A stretch of DNA of 64,000 nt from positions 65,286,001 to 65,350,000 of the forward strand of contig OZ249436.1 of NCBI GenBank assembly GCA_965235115.1, read 5' to 3'. The notes below the pieces were generated by a model. It did not search any database. It was not told where the DNA came from and saw nothing but the letters and a program-made list of their open reading frames with translations. This stretch comes from Laetmonice hystrix. Lineage: Eukaryota. A program made the translations under genes and the position numbers. Position 1 is the stretch's first letter, and every line of letters begins with the position of its first letter. This document shows, piece after piece, positions 36,556-49,174 of the stretch.

Positions 36556-39500
36556 GTAAATGTTTGTTATATTCCCAATTTGTTTACAGTTCAGCCTCAC
36601 GATTATACTTGTATCATTTGGGGCAGCATGTTTCATGATTATTGCAAGCTGACTTGCAGGAGCAGGGATAGCAGTGGAGGCACAAGTCTGAGGTGTTCCA
36701 TCGGTAGCAAAGCTCATGGTAACACCTGGAAGGGATCGTTTCTCTTATTGTTTTCCAGTGTCGCAGTTTCTTGCATCGATACACGTTCATGTGAAACGTA
36801 AATCTGGTTACACATGCTGCATGGTGTACTGAAACTAGGTATGGGATAGACTTTTCTCCGAGGGCATTCGGAAGCCATTTGTCCATTTCTGGGGTCTGAA
36901 GTCCCCTTTGAATAGTGTGAAGGGAAAATGTGTCAGTTCAGTGGGGCAGAGAAAAACAAGAGACAGGGCTTCCTCAGTATTTGTATAGAAAAAAGGTTGG
37001 ATGTAGATGATGGGAACCCGAGGATGTAGGCCGGACCGAGGTCCCACTGCTGTGTTCCACTGGGGTGGAGGGACACGGGCCCGTGTTACGTTGATGTGTG
37101 GATCTCGGTGTCACCTATAAATACCTGCTACCTGCACAGGTAGGCTGTGTGGGCCAGGGACAGAGCGACTGGGCGGTGGTCCAGATTCTGAGTGATGGCG
37201 ATGCACCTGGTTACCAGGCAGTCTGAGCAGAAATTATAAGATACAGGTTCAGGTCCTTGGAATCTAGTTCGTCTTTTTGACGAGATAATTAAACATTAAA
37301 AATTGATTATAGGAATAGACTTCGAGGGACCTTCGTGGTTCCGTACAGTAGTTATTTTGATATGAAGAAGGGGTTTTAAAAGGTTTTGGTAAAGAAGAAA
37401 AAAAGAAGACTGCTGCCAGTTCTTGGTTGGAGAGGGAAAGGTCCATGCTATTTCATGTAAAGGTGAACAGAAGACCCAGTTTGCTTGATTGGAAATCATG
37501 CATGAGTGGTGGGAAACTACAACTGCTCAGGTAGCTGTATGAAAACGAAGCCAGATTTGTTGGCGGCTAAATCGGGTTAGAAGATTGACTGCACAAATCA
37601 GACGGGAGTTTGGAGCACCAAGTGTGTCAGTGAAGGAGAAAAAAGTGGTGCACGTGTACTAAGTGTTGTGGTTGTTAATGTCAACACCAGAAACTAGAGG
37701 GCAGCCCGGCTCAGCGTGGGTCGGTGTTTGCACCGCGGGATGGTGTACACTAGGCGTCATTTACAATAAACCACCCGACAGCTGTTAAAAAAACCGATCG
37801 GCATCAAGCTGAACTTTGGTTACATTACCGGAGAAAATTAAACGCTTTTCTACAACAGGTGTTTTTTAGCATAACGGAAACAATTCTTAATTCACAGAAT
37901 GTTTTTCACGAATGGAAAGTTTTTCGCCAATGGCAGCAGCGTTCTTGATCTTTAGGATTTGAAGGACTCTGGAGTGTGAAGGAATTCTTCAGCTTTGAAT
38001 TTAGGCACTCACGAACCGATCCGAGTAAAAGCTTTCATTGATTTTGTGGTCTAGATAACAGCTTTGTATTTAGGTGTTTGTGGAAGTAAAACTTACTTTT
38101 ACCTTGGTAAAGGCTTATTTAGTATACTTTAGTGTCACATTCAAAGGATACAGGAACGCGGCAGGATTCTATAGGGAGCTGTCGAAGGCTTTGCAGAGAT
38201 CAAGAAGCTGTTAACACAAGGTCAGCGATGGACACATATAAAGAATGCTGATGCTGTTTGTGGTTGAACCTGGGCGGCGATTGGGTGATTAAGGAATGTT
38301 TGTGGCCCTGATAGCCAGGGATCCTGCGGCCTTCAGGGGCGAATAACCTTTTTATAGGATCGCGTCGGCCGTTTTAATGGATCAAACGACGTGCAGCGTT
38401 GACAGTGGCTTTACGTTAATGGGCCAGGCACCGCACGACTGGCGGAGAGGGCAGGCCGTATCATCTCGTGAAACTGACCACAGAACGGCAGACAGCCACG
38501 ATATAATGGGCGCAGTCCCTTCTAAACATGTTTAGATATGCCTGTTTGAGTGGATGTTGCCAGGGATGTTCAGCGGTTCCAACACTGTCGCAACATGATC
38601 GGAAGGGGTTGTGGTTTTGGCAGTATGTTTCCCCTACATTATGATAGATTACATTATAGATTATGATGGTGATGGGTCACATTTTTATAAGTTATTTAAC
38701 TTATTTACGATGGAGATCACAGGACCTCTCGACATCTTCAATCCGTGGCAAACATTGACTTCCAGAGGTTGGAACATGAGGGTTCTTGGCATATTGGCAA
38801 GTTCACTGGCGCACAAGAAAGTCATGAATAAAGTTGTATTAAATTTGGGCCTCTGAAGCACAATGCTGTAACGGGCTCATTTCGGAGCGGTAATCGGTAT
38901 TGGTGCATGCAGATGCAATCTTTAGTCGCCGGATACGTAGGATAGGTTTAGAATAATCTTACCGATGCCAGACGTCCATGTCCGGTGCTGAACAGTTTCT
39001 GATAATACGAAGATAAGACAGGCAGAAGGATGGAAGATGCTTTGTATGATTTCACTAAGTGTCTTACTCATTGCTAGTTTGTCTTCTGCATTCTTCTATG
39101 TTGTGATCCGAACGTGGACACGAAATGGATGGCTGGGCCCAGGTATCTCGCTCACTGTAAGTAGATTAAGATAAGAACTTGGATACAAGCTTCCAATTCA
39201 TCGATCGGATTTATGAGGCTTTAAAGAAAGAAGGACTTAGCGATTGAACGATTTATTGAACAATCCTTGGTGTCGAGGACGCTTGAAAATGGAAATATTG
39301 CGCCCCACCTCTTGTTTTCTGAGGCACTGTGATGGTGGAGTGTTCCTTCCTGAATGTGGCTTCAATTAACAGATGAGATAATTAGTAGGCAAAGATTGAT
39401 ACTGTCATATAGACAAGTTGATTGTGTTCAGTGTACGAGGTGTGAGCGCAGCCTGGCCGTGGTGTTAGAAGAGGTAATCAGGTATTGATTTGGTACGGAG

Positions 39501-40271
39501 TGCGGGAGCCGTTATGTCAGGGAGCTACAAGGGAGAGTCGAAACGGGAGCGCTTCATAAAGACATAAAACGGGAGGTATTTATGACGAGACAATACCCGT
39601 ATTTCATCCATTTCTATCGGTACTGTTGGCTCCTAAATCAGGCTTTGTTAGGGGGCCGTGATTCTGACGGTCGTTACGTATGGCTATGGTAATCGTGATA
39701 TCGAAGGGTCTGGCCATCTCGTGTCTGTATCTCTGTATGGGGGAGGGTGTGTGCGCGGAGGGACTCCTATGAGGGAGAGGATCGGCCAACCTGAAGAACT
39801 GACCACTGTAGAAATTGTAGGGTGATGGGGAACCTGTTTGAAACATCAGCGGTGACCGTACAGGTATCCGGAAGCGATAGCAAGATTTAGCCCGGTTAAG
39901 GCTCAGAGCTAGTACACGTAGACACCCGATTTAATTAAAATGTTCTCATTTCAAGGTTTGCGTATTTGAGTTTTTCATTTTACGGAAGAAGAGAAAATTT
40001 TATTAAAATTCGGTGATGACGTAATTACTATGTTCCTGTTGGTAAATTGGCCTGCCGCCTCGCCATAGATTCCGGTTATACTCGTCAGTTTAATGGGAGC
40101 AGCACCGTTCATAGTGACGTCTTAAGGTGTTTGTAGGTCAGTGTGTCAGATGGTAATGTACATCAGGAGTAATTAATGTCCTCCCTAATCAACCTCTGTT
40201 ATAGTCGGTGATGTGCCGCGAGCAGCACATGTCCGGGGATGTTCTGCTTACGGGAATGTTAACATAACACG

Positions 40272-41318
40272 TTCTGGTTGAATACCAGAGGGTATGTTTC
40301 TGGCTGAAGACCACAGGGTATGTTTCTGGTTGAAGACCACAGGGTATGTTTCTGGTTGAATACCAGAGGGTATGTTTCTGGTTGAATACCAGAGGGTATG
40401 TTTCTGGTTGAAGACCACAGGGTATGTTTCTGGTTGAATACCAGAGGGTATGTTTCTGGTTGAAGACCACAGGGTATGTTTCTGGTTGAATACCAGAGGG
40501 TATGTTTCTGGTTGAAGACCACAGGATATGTTTCTGGTTGAAGACCAGAGGGTATGTTTCTGGCTGAAGACCAGAGGGTATGTTTCTGGTTGAAGACCAC
40601 AGGGTATGTTTCTGGTTGAAGACCACAGGGTATGTTTCTGGTTGAATACCAGAGGGTATGTTTCTGGTTGAAGACCACAGGGTATGTTTCTGGTTGAATA
40701 CCAGAGGGTATGTTTCTGGTTGAATACCAGAGGGTATGTTTCTGGTTGAAGACCACAGGATATGTTTCTGGTTGAAGACCAGAGGGTATGTTTCTGGCTG
40801 AAGACCAGAGGGTATGTTTCTGGTTGAAGACCACAGGGTATGTTTCTGGTTGAAGACCACAGGGTATGTTTCTGGTTGAATACCAGAGGGTATGTTTCTG
40901 GTTGAAGACCACAGGGTATGTTTCTGGTTGAATACCAGAGGGTATGTTTCTGGTTGAATACCAGAGGGTATGTTTCTGGTTGAAGACCACAGGGTATGTT
41001 TCTGGCTGAAGACCACAGGGTATGTTTCTGGTTGAATACCAGAGGGTATGTTTCTGGTTGAAGACCAGAGGGTATGTTTCTGGTTGAAGACCACAGGGTA
41101 TGGGGACCAGAGGGTATGTTTCTGGTTGAATACCAGAGGGTATGTTTCTGGTTGAAGACCACAGGATATGTTTCTGGTTGAAGACCACAGGATATGTTTC
41201 TGGTTGAAGACCAGAGGGTATGTTTCTGGTTGAAGACCACAGGGTATGGGGACCAGAGGGTATGTTTCTGGTTGAATACCACAGGGTATGTTTCTGGTTG
41301 AAGACCACAGGGTATGTT
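40272..41318. repeat. 26-bp minisatellite, about 40 copies
   Basis: GG(T/C)TGAA(G/T)ACCA(C/G)AGG(G/A)TATGTTTCT. Confidence 0.95.
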
Positions 41319-42167
41319 TTTAGAGGGAGTTGGCACATGACTGACCTCAGGACAAGACGCCAGCCGGGTTTTAACTGGGGTTTGTCAGCTTGTGTGTTGC
41401 TCGTCTTGTCAGCATCGACATGAAACGTGTGTGTCAAGATCATGGCGTCATTGTGTTTAAACGGCACTGAGATGTGAAGTATTGCGAATACAGGAATAGC
41501 GAATAATCCAGGCAAAACACTCCCTCTACTGTGTATAATCACCAAATGTCCCTGCAATGAATGCTAAATGTTCAGCCAAAGGATGAAGTTGATTTAGGAT
41601 TCTAGGCCTGTTTCTTTAGGGCTATCTCTAAGGGCTGTATAGGTCTGTGTGACACGAACAGGCGTTGGGTGATGCATGGTTTCGTAAAATGCCTTTATTT
41701 CATAGCAGTAGTAGTTCACGGGTCAGCATTCTGTAAGTGGATTGGATTTCGTGCGGTGAAGGTTATGGGAAATATGTGGCAGAAAATATGGGGTTGGTGA
41801 TCACATCTCAGTTTACCATTGGCTGCGCTGGATTAGGTCATGGGGCGGGGAGGTGTGATGTGAAGGAATAATTAATGAGCTATGTGAACAGCAAGGATAG
41901 GTTGTGTATGTGGGAAGGCATGCAGCTCAGTTTGCACTATCAGGGGTGGTTTTATTCTTAGCATTTTTAGGGAGTTGTCTTTCTGTTCCAGTTAACTGTT
42001 TGCTGTCAAGTTGTGCAGGATATGGTGTCACATGTATCCTCCCCTCCCTCCCAATCCTGGCGTTTGGCAACACTGGTCTCTTACCTGTTTGATGATGTTG
42101 CTGACAGTGAAGAAAATGATGACGATGTGATGTTGCTGATGATGATGTAAGGTGATATTGTTTTCAG

Positions 42168-42422
42168 CGTACAGGCTGCAGCCACCTAGCTACAGCCAAG
42201 TGGTTGCCGATCGAGCAGGTGCCCTCTCTCCCACCCCGGCCAGCAGTGGGCGGCCCCTCAGTCCGTATGCCCGGCCGCTCACCCCCGGCCGGCCGGGCAC
42301 ACCGGGCCGGCCCCTCACCCCCGGCCGGCCGGGCACCCCTGGCCGGCCGGGAACACCAGGCAAGATAGCTTCACCCCGAGACTTTTACAAGATGTACGGA
42401 GGAGAGTCAGAAGACGGCAATG
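42168..42422 (+). CDS. Internal Pro-rich exon with TPGRP repeats
   Basis: ttttcag|CG TAC...AAT G|gtaaca, 255 nt, phase 1-1; AYRLQPPSYSQVV...RPLTPGRPGTPGRPLTPGRPGTPGRPGTPGKIASPRDFYKMYGGESEDGN. Confidence 0.8.
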
Positions 42423-45297
42423 GTAACACAACCCACCATCATGCCATGCCTAGATGTTATGTTATGTTGTGCGATTATTCTCTTAGTTTGACTTACAGAG
42501 AACGTCGCCATTAACAACTGTCAGTAGTCTAGTACAACTCGGTTTGTGCCCGTCATTTTGCATAGTGATACCTGAATATAACACTGTTCTTGGCGTCTGC
42601 CTTGTTGAGGACAGCTGACTTCCGGTTGGGAGAATGTACAAAACGTGCGGAAAGAGTACCCCCACACATTGTTATACGATTGTGAGTGCACACGTAGGTC
42701 TGGTTTGGTATGTTTGAACTCGTAGGTTGCACCTTCCTTTGATGTACTCTGTCTCTAACCATTGCTGTGAGAATCAGTTAAACCCTATTTTACTCTAATG
42801 GTCTGTAACCAGGGAGAATTGTAAAATTTGTACATTATATTTTTCTGTAGCTAACGTAGCTGTTCTTGTTTACTTTAAGAGTAATATTAACAAATCTTAT
42901 CTCGCTGTTATAAACTAAAAGCACTTGTAAACATGACTCGTAAACTCAGTATTTTCCCTTATATGTTGCTGATTGTATTTTTTAAAAGAGTGAAGAATTG
43001 TATAGATTCTGGGATCAGGTTGAATGTATCTGTACACTTCTCAGTTTGCGATCGTGCCAGATGTCGATAAAAAAAGAGATGGGGTCATTGGCGTCAGGTG
43101 GACTAATTAGGGGTCGGACCTAATGAGGTTCAGACCCCATGGTCGTTGTGACAGGTAGCCAGGTACATCAGAGGGGCAATGCTTTGAAAGGGTTTACATT
43201 CATGGTCACGGAAAAACCAACAAGACTGGTAAAGCACGTACTCCAGCAGGCAGGGCTCCAGTAGCAAGTGAGCAACCACCCGCCAGTTAATAATTACCTG
43301 TCACATAAATTTACATTACCGCCCCATATCACACCAACCTCGCCCTTGTCAATTATTGTCTACTTCAAAGACACAAGGTGGAATTGATAACCTGAATCAG
43401 ACGGGGGTGAATTCAATATTGTGTGCGCGGTGACACAAGTGGTTGGTGCGTCCCCAGGAGGCGTGGCAGGAACCACCGAGGCTGGCAGCGCGTTCCGTTC
43501 TGCCAGGTGACCGGAGCACTCAGATGGCCACAATTGAGTTAATTGAGTCACTCATGTAGAACTTCTTGATAGGTTTCGCCGATTGATCCCAGATTAGCCC
43601 GATATAAATAGAATCCGAAATGTTCAGTATTGAAATCCACGATCAAGTGAACATGGGTGTTAGTAATTGTGTAATTTTTCTGTTATTACAAAAGTCTTGA
43701 CCAGCTCCTCGGTTTTCGGGGTGGTCGTAGTGAACGATATTTAAAGTGCAGCACCCATAAATGTGGAATCGGATTTAGGCATTCCTATAGATTCGAGCAC
43801 TAATATAAGACCGTGATTGTAGTATCTGATTTTTGCGGTACACGAATTTGGCCAATTGCCCTAATGCCATATATGAGTTCTGAAGGCATACTTTTCTTTT
43901 CTACATATATTTCGCTACATACATATTATTGATAAAAGAATCTCCACTACAATATGTCCCAGCTGAGCTGCAAGCAGAGCCGCAGGCAGGTGACCGACAG
44001 AGTCCTCTACTGGCGACCGTGCGCATGATGAGGGTGTAAAAGCTAATAGGCAATTATCTAGAGTTGTGGGCAGCCTTCTGTGCCCTGAGCCTGATAAACG
44101 GACGACCAGACGGACAAAGTGATCACCTACACGGCCCACTCAGACCTTATAAACCACCGGGGACGAGAAAAATGAAGTTCTAATGTTTTATCTTGGACGA
44201 AAATCTGCCCAATTTACAATGTCCAGAAGTTGTTGACTTTTCGTTCGCACTCCGTGACGTGTTTCGGAAATTATGATATCAAACGAGCAGTGATCAGCCG
44301 ATTTAATTTCAGGATTATTTTGAGTAGGTTTTTCAAGCCAAGTTTTCCGGTGTAGAATTCCACATTGTGGTGGACAAGTTGTGTGATTGTTTCCCTTGTT
44401 CCAGGCGTGAATTATGTGGCTAACTTTTCATCCATCCGATTATTGAATTAAATTTCGGAATGTGTTAAATGCGGTGGGATTTTCTGCTTTTTTGGGGAGT
44501 ACTCGAGAGAGATTAGCAGAGCGGACTGCGTTGAGTTTGTCACGGCAGTACATGTTGAGTTAATGAGAGCTTATGACGACTCTTTCACAGCACGTATCTA
44601 TACCCAGAAAAACGGGTTCTTCATTAAGGATGGCATCGACATAATCCATCCTCGACACTGGAGTTGTGCTGCATTGATAATGGAGGTTTTGTGTTAGATC
44701 GTATGAGAAGCAAGAAGTGAAGAATTTAATGAGGTGAAAATGATATTATATACGACCTGCACACACCCGGAGTGTGAGATCCCATAATTCTCTCTCTCTC
44801 AGTGTATCGTTTTAAACCTGCACCATAATGCATCTAATACCTAAATACCTAATTCTCCTAATAGACCACCTGTGATTTGATTGTAGCATTGTGACCCCCT
44901 GGTGTATCATCCAATAAGACTAAATGCACAATATTTACTGGTTCATTGAATATAGGCCTAATATATGTATCTTTGATTATTGCTGGCACCATAGCGAAAT
45001 GATTTATTTGACAAGGCAATGATTTTGTATGATCTACATTCTGAGGATGCGAGGAAGATGGAGAATGAATGGGGAGTGATGAGTTTTGATGAATGATGAA
45101 CAGTTACTTGATGGCTTTGTTTCACATGGGCCATTGCACAGCGGACCTGTTTTTCATTAACAGTTTCATTTTTTACCTTTGGCGGCCTGTTTTAGTTTCA
45201 GTCACAGTACAAATCTGGCGTGCTGAAGTTTCATTTGCCGTAAAACAGGCTATTTATGTTGCGCTGTTCCCAGTATAGAGCTTGCCTATCAGGCCGA

Positions 45298-46277
45298 AAC
45301 CAGCCTGTTTTACCAATCCCAGTAAAGCCAGACCTGTTCTAGTACCAGCCCCAGTAACCGACCTGTAGTTACCAATCCCAGTAAAGCCAGACCTGTTCTA
45401 GTACCAGTCCCAGTAACCAGCCTGTTTTAGTTACCAATCCCAGTAAAGGCAGACCTGTTCTAGTACCAGCCCTAGTAACCAACCTGTAGTTACCAATCCC
45501 AGTAAAGCCAGACCTGTTCTAGTACCAGCCCCAGTAATCAACCTGTAGTTACCAATCCCAGTAAAGCCAGACCTGTTCTAGTACCAGCCCTAGTAACCAA
45601 CCTGTAGTTACCAATCCCAGTAAAGCCAGACCTGTTCTAGTACCAGTCCCAGTAACCAGCCTGTTTTAGTTACCAATCCCAGTAAAGCCAGACCTGTTCT
45701 AGTACCGGTCCCAGTAACCGACCTGTAGTTACCAATCCCAGTAAAGCCAGACCTGTTCTAGTACCAGCCCCAGTAACCGACCTGTAGTTACCAATCCCAG
45801 TAAAGCCAGACCTGTTCTAGTACCAGCCCCAGTAACCGACCTGTAGTTACCAATCCCAGTAAAGCCAGACCTGTTCTAGTACCGGTCCCAGTATCAGCCT
45901 AGCTGTTTTAGTTACCAATCCCAGTAAAGCCAGACCTGTTCTACTACCAGTCCCAGTAACCAGCCTGTTTTAGTTACCAATCCCAGTAAAGCCAGACCTG
46001 TTCTAGTACAAGCCCCAGTAACCAACCTGTAGTTACCAATCCCAGTAAAGCCAGACCTGTTCTAGTACCATGGCAGTCCCAGTAACCATGCAGCCTGTTT
46101 TAGTTACCAATCCCAGTAAAGCCAGACCTGTTCTAGTACCAGTCCCAGTAACCAGCCTGTTTTAGTTACCAATCCCAGTAAAGCCAGACCTGTTCTAGTA
46201 CCAGTCCCAGTAACCAGTTACCAATCCCAGTAAAGCCAGACCTGTTCTAGTACCAGCCCCAGTAACCAGCCTGTTTT
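45298..46277. repeat. About 58-62-bp minisatellite, about 16 copies, abutting an exon acceptor
   Basis: GTTACCAATCCCAGTAAAGCCAGACCTGTTCTAGTACCAG(C/T)CCCAGTAACC... Confidence 0.93.
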
Positions 46278-46285
46278 GGTTTCAG

Positions 46286-46624
46286 TCCCAGCCAGCCACG
46301 CCCGCCCGGTCTCCCCAGGAGGACCACAAGGCTGGGCGCCGTCACCACCGCCCGTCGTCCCCCAGCCCCAACCCCCGACCCCTCCTCCCCGACCACGTCC
46401 GGTCCAACCGCCCCCGGGGCTGGGGTCCCCGGGACTCGGACCCCCGTCCTCCCCGGGGACCAAGTCCAAGGGTCTGGCCCTGTTCCTCAAGCGCCAACAG
46501 AAGTGTACGGATGCCGAGGACGAGCGGCAGCACTTCGCCGACACGGATGAACCCGATCGGCCGGCGCCGTCGGGCGTGCCCTCCGACTATATCGGCCCGG
46601 CCCAACCGATCAAGGCCGTCCGAG
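46286..46624 (+). CDS. Internal Pro-rich exon with synaptopodin/myozenin-like motif
   Basis: gtttcag|TC CCA...CGA G|gtactc, 339 nt, phase 1-1; contains PGTKSKGLALFLKRQQK. Confidence 0.82.
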
Positions 46625-49048
46625 GTACTCGTCGACCTCCAGTCTCCGCATGGCCCGCTCTAGGCGCTTGGTTTCTAACACCGAGTCCCCCACTCTGTGT
46701 GAATCAGGAGGCGGGGCATGCAGTTACATTTGGTGACGTTACAATTCTTACTCTGTGAACTCGGTACTGAGTGTGGGCAATGTTCACAGTGATCGGATTG
46801 TAAGGTCGGTCTAACATTCTCCCTGTTCGTGCCTGTGTTTCCATGTTACAGGCCAATACGCCTTCATTCATTCACTAATCATGTTGCAATCCCTGCCGTA
46901 ATTCTGCCAGCATGATTTTGTATCCAGTTACAGCAGATTATTCCACCGAGCCCTGACTCGGTGACAAACCGAGCCCTTGGTGGGGCAACATTAAAGGATG
47001 ACTAGAGCACTGTCAGAATTAAAGGATGATTCGGACAAGTTTCTCACTGGAGAGTGTGACTTGAGCTCAGTATGACTGGTCAAATAAGTAATAAATTTAC
47101 GAAATTAGAAGTTGGGAAATATTCTATCGAAGGGATCGATCATCGTCCATTTTGTGCTTGCATTAGAAATGATGTGGTGATTTCAATTGCTGAAGTTTTA
47201 TACAAATAAAACTTTGCACATTACTGATGTTACCAGTTGAAGAGTCAAAAAAATTCCTCAAATGCATTATAAAGTAAAACACTGCTCTTCAGATATTATT
47301 TTCCGTTTCAATCCTCCTAATTGGTTTATTCTTGATAATTTAATTCACTCTTGAGAGTAATTGAGTTAAGGCAGTAGAACAAGCTCAAAAATGGGTTAAT
47401 GAGAATCGCGGGCAAAGATTTCAATGAATTTTCAAAGTCATCTCAGACTTTCCAGATAGAATCCTTGAGGCAAATAGTTTTTATGGATCATGAAATCTCT
47501 TGAAGTAGAACAATTGCTCCCGAAGATTACCTATCAGAACAACTTCAGCGTTTCTCTCTGTTCAGTATTGAAATGTCGAGAATCTTCATAGCTTTCCCAC
47601 CTTTCTGTTGATTAAATTGTTCTCCACAGCTAGCTGAAGAGTCGGCGGCTTCAGCCTCAAGCCTTTTAATAGCAACTGACGCAGACAAAAAAAAGCTATT
47701 GCCAACTCATAAAGCTTGACTGCTCACAGTCATTGTGTAGTAGCTTTGACTAAGCGTGCTGTTAATACGAACTTGTATTAATCTGAAGTGTTGGTGCTTT
47801 ATCTGTCATTAAAACTGGCTTGGCTCTTACAGATGTGCTACTCATTGGAATGTGACTTTTTGTATCGTGTTGAGGGGTGGGGTATTGTCGTATTGTGGAT
47901 CATGTAAGAAGTCTTGACTCTTCATTTTTTATTTAATCTTCACATGTTACATCGTGATATATTTAGCTCTTTATGGCAAAATATTACTGACTACAGGTTG
48001 AGGTTTTCAAATTGTATTCTCTGGTTTACATGTTGTGACTGCTTAGTAAAATATCCCTGAAAAACAACATTTCTGGTACACTGGGATATTCTAAAGATTC
48101 GTTGGCTTCATGTCATCACAACCAACCTGGAGGGTTCTCTCTGTCGGTTCGTCTTTTTTTTATAATTTAAATACCGACATTTCATTATTATAATTATTGA
48201 CATAGGGTCGCAGACATAATACTGTTTTTGCCCCCTAGAGTACACCTACCTGGATAACGTTTTCCCCTATATCTGCATGGACCACTGTTTGTCGTGTTAA
48301 CCATGGCTGCTAACGTAACGAGAATCGCCAGGAGCATGGCCATTATTTCATAATTCCAGTACAAACAGCTTTGACTTTTTTCGTATGATTAAATATCAAC
48401 ACGAGCCCGTCGGTAATACCCTGAGGATAATGTTATGGCGACAGTGATGATGATAATAATACAACTACCGAGTGCTTCCAGTGATACTCTGTATACTGTA
48501 TACAGTGCAAACATTACCGTGGATGTTTTATCCGTCTATTCTAACATTTTATATAGATACATTGCGATGTACTTGTATTGATTAATGTATCTGTCGATAC
48601 GTCAGTGGGCGATATCTGACCGAGTCTCCGTGTGTACATAGTAAGGGTGTCATAAACTGGTATGTGTATGACTTTGTACAGCAACTATCATAATATCGTA
48701 TTTGTCATAACCAGACACAGTTTATTGATTTCTATGTTTGAGTTCACGTTTCTCTTTGAGATGACTTAATTAAAGCCGGCATAATATTTTGTGCGGGGGG
48801 GGGGGGGGGGGTTACTGCGTGGATCTGCTGATTGCAGGCCCTTTTGGTGCCTGTTGCGTGCATCTGCTGATTCAAGGGCCTGGCGGTGTCTATTGTTTCC
48901 TCCATCTGCGGATCCTAAGCAATGGTAGTGGCTGTTGCGTACAGCTGCTATTCTCGGCTAATCTAGGTAGTGCCCATCAAGCCATCCAGGGCCATGGTGT
49001 GGTCTGTTTTCTACATCTGTTAACTGGTCTCGGTGCTCTCTATTTCAG

Positions 49049-49174
49049 TGAACAGCGACCAGATTGAGTTTTCGTCAACATCTTCGGCGTTGTCTCCGAC
49101 TGTCAACTCTGCGCTGTCCTCCACCTCGTCCAGTCCCAGACCCTCACAGAGCCAGTCAGTGGGCCCCAAACCAG
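49049..49174 (+). CDS. Internal Ser-rich exon
   Basis: tatttcag|TG AAC...CCA G|gtgagt, 126 nt, phase 1-1; VNSDQIEFSSTSSALSP...SQSVGPKP. Confidence 0.78.

Noticed and set aside
40189-41557. 300-430 aa minus-strand ORFs
   Set aside because: Pure translation of a 26-bp repeat in three frames
1928-48810. Long G/C homopolymer runs (about 1928, 5204, 10337, 26405, 28249, 35812, 48795) as functional G-quadruplexes
   Set aside because: Scattered with no positional pattern, and homopolymer lengths are unreliable in assemblies
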